In this document: one piece after another, positions 54,893-64,000 of the stretch
How the letters are laid out: every line of letters begins with the position of its first letter
Position numbering within the stretch: position 1 is the first letter of the stretch
Assembly: GCA_023334545.1 (NCBI GenBank)
Contig: JAADVB010000034.1
Coordinates: 1-64,000, forward strand
DNA from: Salisapilia sapeloensis CBS 127946
Taxonomy: Eukaryota > Protista > Oomycota
Reading direction: 5' to 3'
DNA length: 64,000 nt
The notes under the pieces: model-generated
Seen by the model: only the letters and a program-made list of their open reading frames with translations
What the model was told of the DNA's origin: nothing
The model's database searches: none
Position numbers and translations under genes: made by a program

Positions 54893-56609
54893 TTACCAGA
54901 CAAAGTGGTGCTGGTCCGCCTCATCCGCTTGACCCACTTTGCTCTCATCTTCCGTCTGCTTCAACTGCCGTTCTGGTTGAGATCGCCACATGACCTGTCG
55001 ACCTTTACGTTTCTTTGGTGCTTGCATGCTCCGTTCCATGGACTTTTTCATCCGCTCTTCGTACATCTTTTGCTGCTGCGCAATGCGTTCTTGTCGTACT
55101 CGTTCCCGACGCTCCTTTTCTTTCTCCTTCTCTGCTTTGACGACAAAGTCTTCTGGCATTTGCTCAATGGCACTGAGCAAGTCTTCCAGCCTTGCTTCCA
55201 AGTCTGTAAGCATGTACAAGGTCGACGAGTTCGACTCTGCTTCGAATCCACACTTCTTGTACACTTCCAATACACGATCCTGCAAGTCTTTTAACACTTT
55301 CTCCTGTGCATTCTCCATGGAACTGCCCATGGATCGTTGCTTAAGTTGTTGCATCTTGCTGCTCTCCAACGCGATTTGGTTCTGCAGTTTATCAACGTTC
55401 TGCTGCAGAGCAGACGTCTTCTTATCCATAGCTTTCTTCGTTTCCTGGAACGTCTGCTTGAGCTCTTCCAATGTCTGCTCTGTGTCTTGACTGTTCTGAA
55501 TTAGGAACAGGTTGCTCTCTTCCAAAGCTGTGAATATATCCAAGAGCTGCTGTGGATGCTGAAAGTACATGGGAATCTCTTCATCCTCTTTTTCCACTGT
55601 GATTGCGTCGAGGTTGGGCATGGGAGGAAGTTGAGCATCACCTTTCAACGTCTTGCCTTTGTCCCTCTTTTTGCCTTTGCTTTCCGGTCGATCATTTTCC
55701 ACCCTCTCACGCTCTTCCGCCTCTGCCATGACTGCAGCTCGTTGCGTCTCATATTCATCCATCACCTCCTGACGTCGTTGCTGTAACCTAGCTTCATACC
55801 GCTCTTGCCTTTTCTGAATTTCCTCTTGAACGTACTCTGGTGGTGTCAAGTCATCTAGGAAAGCCTTGTATTGGAGACAATCTTGTAGCTGTTCACTGAG
55901 TTTGGTAATCTCGCTCTGGACACCCTGGATTTGCTGGTTCAGTTTTTTGATATCTTGCACCTTCTCAGCCTTGGCTTTCGTCTCTTTCTCGGCGATTTTA
56001 ATCGCGTCATGTGCTTTTTTATCATTTTCCTTGAGAAACGCGTCAAAGCGGATGGCGTCCTCTTCCAACATTAATTCGCTCTTTTTCAACGCATCTTCCT
56101 TCAACTGAGCTTTTTCCTCCAATTTTCGAATCTCTTCTCGTTTCGTGTCAAGTGACATTTGGACGAGAAACATTTCACGCTTCTTGGCGATGAAGTCCAC
56201 CATATTTTCCTTGTTGCGAAGCCGGTCACTCGCGACGCTTGCGCTAGCAGCTGCAATGAGACCTCGCATGCGTCTGTCAGAGGTCTTCGAACCTGCTACA
56301 TCCCCGGGCTACATGAGACATCCGTATAAACGATCGAGTTAGAAAGCGATATCGGATGGCATGCAATGCAGATCGTACAGTATCGTCAGTATTAAATCGC
56401 TGGATCGTGCCGATTTTGGAGGACTGTGTGGTCTTTTCATGGATTTTCAGGCTGGAAGTCTTTCGCTTTTCCTAATACCAGGTGGCGGTCAGATGACATG
56501 TAGTAACCTACGAGCCGTAAGATGTTACTTCGTCCTTGCGCTTCCTCTCAGTCTCTTTCAACCGGAAGACTTCTTCATCAGATGGCAGTGTGAAAGGATT
56601 TTGCTCCAT
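54893..56609 (-). CDS. CFAP100: Cilia- and flagella-associated protein 100 (CCDC37/MIA1-like; multi-exon)
   Basis: Upstream exon MEQNPFTLPSDEEVF, FIAKKREMFLVQMSL, LEEDAIRFDAFLKEN, MYFQHPQQLLDIFTALEESNLFLIQNSQ, KGRQVMWRS. Confidence 0.88.
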
Positions 56610-57448
56610 GGCAAGAAGAAGCTCGTCGTGCCGCAGTCAATCTGCTTTTGCAGCGAAGGAAGTATAAATAAAAGTATTATTAATAGATAGAAGTCGAAGT
56701 TGATTCTCAGGTGTTTCTGAATTGAAATGTGTACCACATTTCCCCATCGACTTGACGACAAGAACCAATGCAAGTCTGTACCTTCATCCGTGATATCCGA
56801 GCCGATCTTTCCCATAGTACACGCTAGAAATTTCGTCTACGCAGACCCAAGTGCCGACAGTACGAAGTGCACAAGTGGCATCGGTGCGTAAGTCGCGCTC
56901 CAAGTCAGCAAGTCTGCAGGTTTCCCGAAGGTTACATACAGTCGGTCATACAGATCCGTACGTACACTTCGACCAAACAACCTGAGTGTCTCGTATAAAA
57001 AGGTCGAATTGCAGCATATCCGCTATAGTCGGCGCAAGTATTTCCGGACGCGAAAGCTGATCGACGCTGGCTGACTCGCTTATATCGAGCTGCCACCACG
57101 AAGCGAAGCGGAAGAGGACTGCTTCTTGTGGTTACATTTGACGCTTTTTCGTCGCACCCAACTTTTGTTTCCGGGAGCGTATTCCCTTCAATTTCGTCCG
57201 TATAGGATCTGCTACGAGCGCCGAGAAGTCATTCTAATCATACCGATACTTGTGCCAACCGCTACGGTCGCACTAGACGAGAAAGGAGTTTGCAATTTAC
57301 TTGGAATCGTCTTCCTTACTCGAATCGCTTCGTGAGGACATTGCTGTCAAGCACGGCGTACGTGTTATATAATAGTGTTGTTGACTAGAAAGAGTCAGAG
57401 CATCGCGCGAGGTAAAACCGACACGAATACACAGTACTCGGTAGGAGC

Positions 57449-60229
57449 ATGGCAGGGTACAATCCGAACACAGATGAAGTGGCGCCGTCGGCCATGTCCC
57501 ATGAAGAGATGCTCGAGCACCAAATGAATTTACACCAGCGCATCCAGCAGCAGATGCAGATGCAGCGGGAGATCACTTCCCAGTTTGGCAGCACCCGAGG
57601 GTCTTTTTCCTCTTCTTTAGGTAAAGTAGAGCCGGACCTTGGTGACAACGTCTTCGACATGCTGGATGACCTCATTCTCATTCCGTCCGGCGCGATGCCT
57701 CCAGAGCGAACTTCCTTGTCCCACAAACAAGCCGATCTTGATGATAACACGAGCAGCTCTGGACGCGACAGTCTCGCTGACATCCTCGAGTCGCTCGACT
57801 TGGACGAGGGAGATACGTTAAGTGATGGCAACCGATCGCTGGAGAACGATAGTCTCAAAAGCCCGAGTGTGGATGAATCATTCGATGATATCGATCTAAG
57901 CGATGTCGATGACGACTTTGACGACGATGGAAGTGACCTTGGTGTTGACGATGAAGATGAAGAGGACGAAGTGGTACAGGATGATACGAGAAGCAGCGGA
58001 AGTAGCGACAATGACAGCGACGGCAGTGGACCAATTACGACATTTGCTACGAATTCGGAGAGCGAGACGATCGTAGACAGCATTGATCGTAGTCGCAAAT
58101 CTTCATTCAGTCGTAAATCGTCGCTATCATCCATGTCGATGTCCCAGAGCGGAAATAGTTGTACATTGGTGTGGGAAGGAGGTCTCTTGGGTATGAGGCT
58201 GCGCATGTCACACTCGAGAGGTCTGCCGGTCGTATCTAAGCTTACTGGTAGAAGTGCCATCGTGGGCATCCATCTCGTGGATGTCGGTGATTTGCTTATG
58301 CAGATTGGCAACGTCAGTACGCGTGATCTGGAGTTTATGGAGATGATCGACTACCTGAAGAACGTGACCAAGCCATGTAAACTCGTCTTCCGACGTTTAC
58401 ACGCCGATCCAATGGCTGTACGACCTGTTCAGCCGACGATCACCAGCTCCATCGGACTTCAATTGGCTGCTAAAATCGCTGAAATCACAAATGGAGATCC
58501 GGATAAAGCATCTTCCACTCCTCTCGTCAAGTTAGAAGACAAGTACGAGGTCAAGTGGATGGACGGACCGCTCGGCATCAGTCTAATCGCGAGTAAAGAA
58601 GTTGCCTATCCACTAGTGACGCGTATCACTGGCAAGAACAGATCACCGCAGGTACAAGACGTCCAGCCAGGTCATTATTTGGTTCAGATTGGATCGTACA
58701 ATACGGCGGACGGGAACTTTAACGCTGCGATCAAGTACTTGCAGAAAGTGAGCAAACCAGTGGCCTTGTACTTTTGTCCAGGCAATAAAAAGGTGTCAAC
58801 TCGTCCGGAATTGATGGCAGATGAGTTTGAACATGTTTGGGAAAAGAAACAACCGCTGAGCTTTACGGTCCGTCCGGATGACGTTGGTCGGATCATCGTT
58901 GCAGACCTAGGAAGTGCCAAGTCCATTAAGGTAAAGGCCAAGGGAAGCAATAACTTATCGGCTCAAGTGGACAATGGCGACTATATCGTATACATCAACG
59001 ACGACTCGACCTCTGGCATAACCTTCCACGATGCCTTGCTCAAACTACGCACAGCCAAGAGACCGCTCGTGATTCGCTTTAAGAAGAACCCGCCGCCAGC
59101 TCCTGTGCTTCCAAAGCCAACTCCCGCGCTTCCAAAGCCAGCTTCCGTTCCTCCAAAGTCTTTCACTGCTGCACCTGTGGCAGCACCACCGGCCCCTGTG
59201 GAGAAGAGCAAGTCACAACCTGCTGCGTTAACTTCATTGACACGAGGTGGGAGCCAGAAGACAGAGGTAGGGAAGTCATCAGATCCGGTACAGGCAGACG
59301 TAAAGCCACAGACAGCTCCTATGCCTCCACCGAAGAAGGCAAGCAGCCTTGGCGATGAAAAGAAGGATGCATCATCAAGACAGAATGCCGTACGACGTCA
59401 GCAGAGTGCAGACAAGCCCTTGACGTCCGTTCACCAAAAGGAACCTGCTAATGCTGCAGAGAAGCCACGTAGTCGAGAGCGACCGCCTGCACCTCGAAAG
59501 CCTGTAGAAAAAGCGGAGGAGGTATCACGAGCGAGTAAACAGGGGCATGAGACGCCAGTGCGACAGTCTCCTCGGAACAGCAGTGAGCGAGAACGGACGC
59601 ATTCACATGGCCGGAGTTCGTCACAGTCGTCTTCATCTGCTGATGAAGACGAATACGAAGTGGTGTGGCCGGAAGGAACGGCGTTGGGACTGACGTTGCG
59701 TGTGCATCCGACGACAAGATTTCCGGTCGTTGCTCGAGTCACAGGTACGAGCAATTTCAAGAACATCGAGCACGTTGCGCCTGGTGACGTCCTCTTCGCT
59801 GCGAACAACAAGAGCATTGTGCCCCAGCCAAAGTTTAAACAGACGCTGGAGAACCTAAGCAAGCTGCCCAAGCCAGCCGTCCTCCGGTTTCGACGTGCAC
59901 GGGCGATGGTGACATCACCGCACGGGTCGTCGGAAGGTAGTTCGGAAGGTGGTGGATCGAGAGGATCGAGTCTTCGAGAGAACGAGTACGAGCTCGTGTG
60001 GAAGGAGAGTGTAAGTCTAGGTCTGGTCTTCAGCGCAGATGGAGACGTGCCGAAAGTGACCAAGGTGGATTATGATGCAGGGAACCCAGGGCTGAAGAAG
60101 GTGGAACAAGGAGATGCGCTCACGTGGATTGGATCGCGTGAAATTCGAGGAGCATCGTTCCATTCATCGATGGCAGCTTTGAGAGCAGTGAAGCGGCCTG
60201 TTGTGTTGCGGTTCCAGAAGCGGACTTGA
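57449..60229 (+). CDS. Multi-PDZ scaffold protein with an acidic N-terminus and Pro/Ser-rich linker (intronless)
   Basis: Five repeats begin CTLVWEGGLLGM, YEVKWMDGPLGI, FEHVWEKKQPLSF, YEVVWPEGTALGL and YELVWKESVSLGL. Each is followed by GD/GH-x-L, and each ends in K/RPxxLxF. Confidence 0.78.
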   Translation: MAGYNPNTDEVAPSAMSHEEMLEHQMNLHQRIQQQMQMQREITSQFGSTRGSFSSSLGKVEPDLGDNVFDMLDDLILIPSGAMPPERTSLSHKQADLDDNTSSSGRDSLADILESLDLDEGDTLSDGNRSLENDSLKSPSVDESFDDIDLSDVDDDFDDDGSDLGVDDEDEEDEVVQDDTRSSGSSDNDSDGSGPITTFATNSESETIVDSIDRSRKSSFSRKSSLSSMSMSQSGNSCTLVWEGGLLGMRLRMSHSRGLPVVSKLTGRSAIVGIHLVDVGDLLMQIGNVSTRDLEFMEMIDYLKNVTKPCKLVFRRLHADPMAVRPVQPTITSSIGLQLAAKIAEITNGDPDKASSTPLVKLEDKYEVKWMDGPLGISLIASKEVAYPLVTRITGKNRSPQVQDVQPGHYLVQIGSYNTADGNFNAAIKYLQKVSKPVALYFCPGNKKVSTRPELMADEFEHVWEKKQPLSFTVRPDDVGRIIVADLGSAKSIKVKAKGSNNLSAQVDNGDYIVYINDDSTSGITFHDALLKLRTAKRPLVIRFKKNPPPAPVLPKPTPALPKPASVPPKSFTAAPVAAPPAPVEKSKSQPAALTSLTRGGSQKTEVGKSSDPVQADVKPQTAPMPPPKKASSLGDEKKDASSRQNAVRRQQSADKPLTSVHQKEPANAAEKPRSRERPPAPRKPVEKAEEVSRASKQGHETPVRQSPRNSSERERTHSHGRSSSQSSSSADEDEYEVVWPEGTALGLTLRVHPTTRFPVVARVTGTSNFKNIEHVAPGDVLFAANNKSIVPQPKFKQTLENLSKLPKPAVLRFRRARAMVTSPHGSSEGSSEGGGSRGSSLRENEYELVWKESVSLGLVFSADGDVPKVTKVDYDAGNPGLKKVEQGDALTWIGSREIRGASFHSSMAALRAVKRPVVLRFQKRT

Positions 60230-60739
60230 GTACGAAGCAGTGGGTAGAGCACCGGAAGACTTTTTTCTTGTCGACCGGCAAGAAGTTGTGAGTGAATACA
60301 CAAGCAGAGGAGAAAGAAAAAAATGAAGGAGAACATGAACAAAGGAACATGAATTGGATACAGCGATTCATTTTTACTTTTCTGGTCTTGTGCATCGTAA
60401 TCTGTAACTTGAAGGTGGAGCGGGTGAAACATGCCGGACAAGCGTTAAGAATACAATGGCCACTAGCCAAGTATTTTTGGCAGCAATTAGACTGGAAGCT
60501 GGTCTTGAAACGGATACATTTAGGCGGATGCAAAAGGTCGAAAGCTTCTGGGAAACGGGGTACGACAAGAACACGAAGCAAGGCTCGATTGACACTCCAG
60601 TGCGAGTGGCCAACTAATAAGCAATACCTGATCTGCTAGGAACGTGTTTGGATCCAGAAGGACATTTTCTATCTTTGCTTTCGACCAAGCCCCTCGCGTT
60701 CGCACAGACTACTAGCAAGTACATTTGCAATCAAAAGCT

Positions 60740-61327
60740 ATGCCGTCCGACACTCCGTTACACAAAGCAGCTCACAATGGCGACAAAGGAGCATGCCTAC
60801 AGATATTAGAAGAAGGCACGGTAGATGTCAATGCCCCTGGAGCAGGCGACCGTCGAGCACTGCATCGCGCTGCTGGCGGTAATCACACCGAGTTATGCAC
60901 GCTACTGCTGGGCAAAGGAGCAGAAATCGATGGGGTACGTACTATTGTTTGCTGTGTCATCCACTTGACGCTCCAGGTACTAATCGATCCGATTTACCAT
61001 GTCTAGGCGGATAAAAGCGGTCGAACGGCACTGCATTGGGCAGCTATATCTGGCCATAAAGAAGCAACGTTGATACTATTACAGAAAGGAGGGAATGTGA
61101 ATGCCGAGACAACGACAGGCATGACTCCGCTGCATGGTGCAGCCGAAGGTGGTAAGGCAGATATTGTAAGAGTTCTTATGGAGAATAAGGCCGACTCGAC
61201 AAAGCGTGATTCGAACGGTAAGCTCGCATTCGACTATGCAATGGACGGCAAGCATAAGGCGGTGGTCAAGGTGCTGAAGGAAACAGGAGACGCTGCGGCG
61301 CAGAGTGCTTCTTGTTTGATTCAATGA
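60740..61327 (+). CDS. Small ankyrin-repeat protein ending in a CaaX motif (2 exons)
   Basis: TPLHKAA, RALHRAA, TALHWAA, TPLHGAA. The C-terminus is ASCLIQ-stop. Confidence 0.9.
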
Positions 61328-61869
61328 GACTCGAATTATTAGGCTGTAGTCTCGTCACTAACTCCCTTGCCAATATAAAATGTTTCAAGCAATTTCCATG
61401 ACCTTCGTCGAGATAAGGAGCCGTATACGTTGTAAGATCGAGGTATCTTAATGCCAACGCGATCACAATTGCGGTCTTGTAGCTTGAGCTACATTAAATA
61501 TGCTGCCTTCATCTCGTTGTGATCATCTCTACCTGCCTTAAAAGTTTCCATGGCCTCCACTATACACTATAAGCTATGTTTCGAAGTTACTACACACAAA
61601 CCATATCTTTGTTTCTAGTCATATACAGGTTCCAATAACGCTTTGTAAGCGATCGTTCCTCGGCTTGCAAAGATACTCCGAGTCGGCTAATAACTCGATA
61701 TCCTATTTCTCGACACAGTAACTCATTATTCTCTTAGCCTCAATGCCAAGTTCCAATCAGAGGATGACCGGATGAGTCTCGATACGAACGAATTTATCGA
61801 CGCAAAGACACAAAGGCAATGGAAAGCTTGGCCATATCGATTTTTATTTCACAACAAAATCCAGCGACC

Positions 61870-63822
61870 TTAACGAGGTCGTCTTGCCCTCCACTGCTCC
61901 TTCTGCGTCTTGCGCTTGACAAGCTGCGCCTTCTTCTTTTGCTTAATACGCATCTCTCTCTTCGCGTCCTCCTTCTTCTGTTCCTGCGTCTTGCCTTGCA
62001 CCGCGTCCTTCTTCTTGAATCTCTCCTGACGCTTTTCCGCCGCAGTCTTCTTCTCCCCCTCCTCGTCCTCCGCCTTACCCAACAATACGTTCTCGTAATC
62101 CTCCTTGGACATCTTTCCCTTCTTTTTCTTCTTGAACAACCGTTCTTCCTCTGCAAGCTCATCCCACTCGTCTAGAATCTGCTGATGCGCTCCTTTCTTT
62201 TTCTCACGACGTCGAGGCTTCTCTTCCTCTTCCCTCTTTCGCTTCTTGTCCTTCTCCTCATGCTTCTTCTTCCTCTTCTCTTCATTCTCCTTTTCAAACT
62301 CGACCAGTTTCTTCTGTCGATCCTTCTCACGTGCCTTATCCTTGTACTTGATCTGTGTGAAGTCGACGTCCGTCGCTGGAGTGAAGTCGATCGTAGTGTT
62401 ACGAAGCTCACTGATCTTGGGTAAACGCAAGAGAGCAAAGCCTCGCGCGACAGCACCTAGGTCCAAGTCCTTGAATCGGAAGATGAACTGACACTGATGC
62501 TCTTTGTAAGACCGGACGAACGAGATAAACGCTTTCGTTCCTTTCTCTAACAAATCACGATCTTCCAGTTCCCACTTCTTTACATCTGGAAGAACGTCAC
62601 ACAGAGTATCGATTGGGAACGTCATTTCTTCACAAGGTACTTTACGTAGCTCGAGGAAGTTGATGTAAGCGTCTTCATTAGAAGAAAGGAACGAGAGAGC
62701 GGAGCCGGACCGACCGGCACGAGCTGTACGACCAACGCGATGGACGAAAAAGTTAGGATCCTGAGGTGGATCGAACTGGACGATCCAGTCAACATCCGGC
62801 AAGTCGATGCCTCTTGCAACGACATCCGTGCAGACGAGGACACCGTTGGATGCAGACGCGAACTCGTTGTAGTGTGTCGTACGCTTCTTTTGCGGCATCT
62901 TTCCATGCAGTGAGACGATGGGTGCTTCCAAATTCTCTTGAGTCGTCAATGTCGACAAGACACGTCCGAAGAAATCGACGGCATCACATGTGGAGAAGAA
63001 GACAATGAGCTTTTGGTCCTTGGCTTTCGACTGGATAAAGTGCCAGAGTGCAGACAGTCGATGCTCGTGGCCTACGAAAGCGTAATAGTTACTCAATGTC
63101 GCTGGTGTCACCTGCTTGTTGTTTGCGACTTGCACTGAGACTGTCGCTGGGTTTCGAAGTCCTGCTCGAGCAAGTGCCTTGACTTCCTGTGTCTGCGTCG
63201 CTGAAAAGAGCGCTGTTCGTCTCTGTTTCGGCAAGTGGTTTAGAATCACGTTTAAACTCTTTTCGAAACCCATGTCGAGTAGCGTATCTGCTTCATCGAG
63301 TACGAGGATGGCAAACTCTCTCGTGTCGACAGTCGAGCCAACGCATCGATCAAGCAAGTCCTGTGTTCTTCCTGGCGTTCCGACGACGATACAGCATTGG
63401 CCAGATGCATCGTGGAGTAGCTTAAGGTCATCCTGAACCTGTGTGCCTCCAACGAAGCAAAGCAGACTTACTGATTTGGCTGGTAGAGCGGCATCGACAA
63501 ATGTCTGTGCAGTATCAGCGATTTGTTTCGCCAATTCACGTGTTGGAGAGATAATCATAGAGACGAGCTTGGTTACATTGGCTTCCTTTGCTGGAGGAGT
63601 GATAGTGCCATCGGATAAAGAAGCACGTAGCAATTGGATGATTGGCAGGACGAACGCCAGTGTCTTGCCGCTGCCAGTGCATGCATCGACGCAGACATCT
63701 TTGTGCGAGAGGAAAAGAGGTATAGTAGCTGCCTGGACAGGTGTCATGTGCTCGAATTGTATCTTGTCGAGCTCCACCAGCATTTCGCTGCATAGCGGTG
63801 GTGAGACCTCGGAGAACTTCAT
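61870..63822 (-). CDS. DDX55: DEAD-box RNA helicase DDX55/Spb4 (60S biogenesis; intronless)
   Basis: MTPVQAATIPLF, TGSGKT, SPTRELA, GTPGR, LDEAD, SAT, RGIDLP, HRVGRTARAG, AFISFVRSYKEH, GFALLRLP. Confidence 0.95.
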   Translation of the reverse strand: MKFSEVSPPLCSEMLVELDKIQFEHMTPVQAATIPLFLSHKDVCVDACTGSGKTLAFVLPIIQLLRASLSDGTITPPAKEANVTKLVSMIISPTRELAKQIADTAQTFVDAALPAKSVSLLCFVGGTQVQDDLKLLHDASGQCCIVVGTPGRTQDLLDRCVGSTVDTREFAILVLDEADTLLDMGFEKSLNVILNHLPKQRRTALFSATQTQEVKALARAGLRNPATVSVQVANNKQVTPATLSNYYAFVGHEHRLSALWHFIQSKAKDQKLIVFFSTCDAVDFFGRVLSTLTTQENLEAPIVSLHGKMPQKKRTTHYNEFASASNGVLVCTDVVARGIDLPDVDWIVQFDPPQDPNFFVHRVGRTARAGRSGSALSFLSSNEDAYINFLELRKVPCEEMTFPIDTLCDVLPDVKKWELEDRDLLEKGTKAFISFVRSYKEHQCQFIFRFKDLDLGAVARGFALLRLPKISELRNTTIDFTPATDVDFTQIKYKDKAREKDRQKKLVEFEKENEEKRKKKHEEKDKKRKREEEEKPRRREKKKGAHQQILDEWDELAEEERLFKKKKKGKMSKEDYENVLLGKAEDEEGEKKTAAEKRQERFKKKDAVQGKTQEQKKEDAKREMRIKQKKKAQLVKRKTQKEQWRARRPR

Positions 63823-64000
63823 GCTTGTCTTCGTTGGTTCCTAGAGCTGATGTGGTTGGCAGATGAAGTAGCTCTAAAGCTTCAAGTTAAAGTGGTTTAT
63901 TGGGGCAGTTTAGTATGGAACTTAAAAATACTATATTAAAGAGAATATGAATAAAATTACGCCGAACAACAAATTCTGACAACGAATTATCAAAAACAAC

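Noticed and set aside
56610-57448. Short ORFs between CFAP100 and the PDZ gene
   Set aside because: No consistent splice model or motif; more likely promoter, UTR and a 5' UTR intron.
57385-58311. 308-aa minus-strand ORF
   Set aside because: It is the antisense shadow of the Asp/Ser-rich N-terminus of the PDZ gene; its S/L-rich composition is what reverse-complemented GAY codons produce.
60070-60705. Several overlapping short ORFs after the PDZ gene
   Set aside because: They overlap the PDZ 3' end and a purine-rich UTR-like tract, with no coding signature.
61870-62350. K/E-rich low-complexity tract as a repeat element
   Set aside because: It is the normal basic C-terminal tail of DDX55/Spb4.

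Overview
Eukaryotic, gene-dense genomic DNA, most likely from an oomycete. This rests on short 50-70 nt GT-AG introns, an elicitin-like gene, a GT60-type GlcNAc transferase and a flagellar CFAP100 gene. The species cannot be determined. About 30 protein-coding genes are packed with very short spacers, and I saw no transposon, rRNA, tRNA or CRISPR signal. Recognisable genes are SRPRA, an elicitin-like GPI protein, TRMO, a TOM70-like TPR protein, TRAPPC1, HtrA2-like protease, VTA1, TRMT10, anoctamin, PPP4C, a PTR2-like transporter, a 13.2 kb intronless TRRAP/Tra1, MFAP1, UAP56, USB1, NSE3, nagA, nagB, CFAP100, a multi-PDZ protein, an ankyrin protein and DDX55. Manual splicing on both strands recovered genes that the ORF track breaks into fragments: (1) a kinase with about 19 introns and a UEV(UBC-like)-PSAP-PB1-like-TKL architecture at 14075-16947; (2) a DIX-like domain fused to a NAK kinase; (3) a 7-intron NYN nuclease with a Cys-rich insert. 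A head-to-head nagA/nagB pair only 108 bp apart forms a GlcNAc-catabolism mini-cluster. All exon structures and domain calls come from manual reading and motif recognition, not from database searches.
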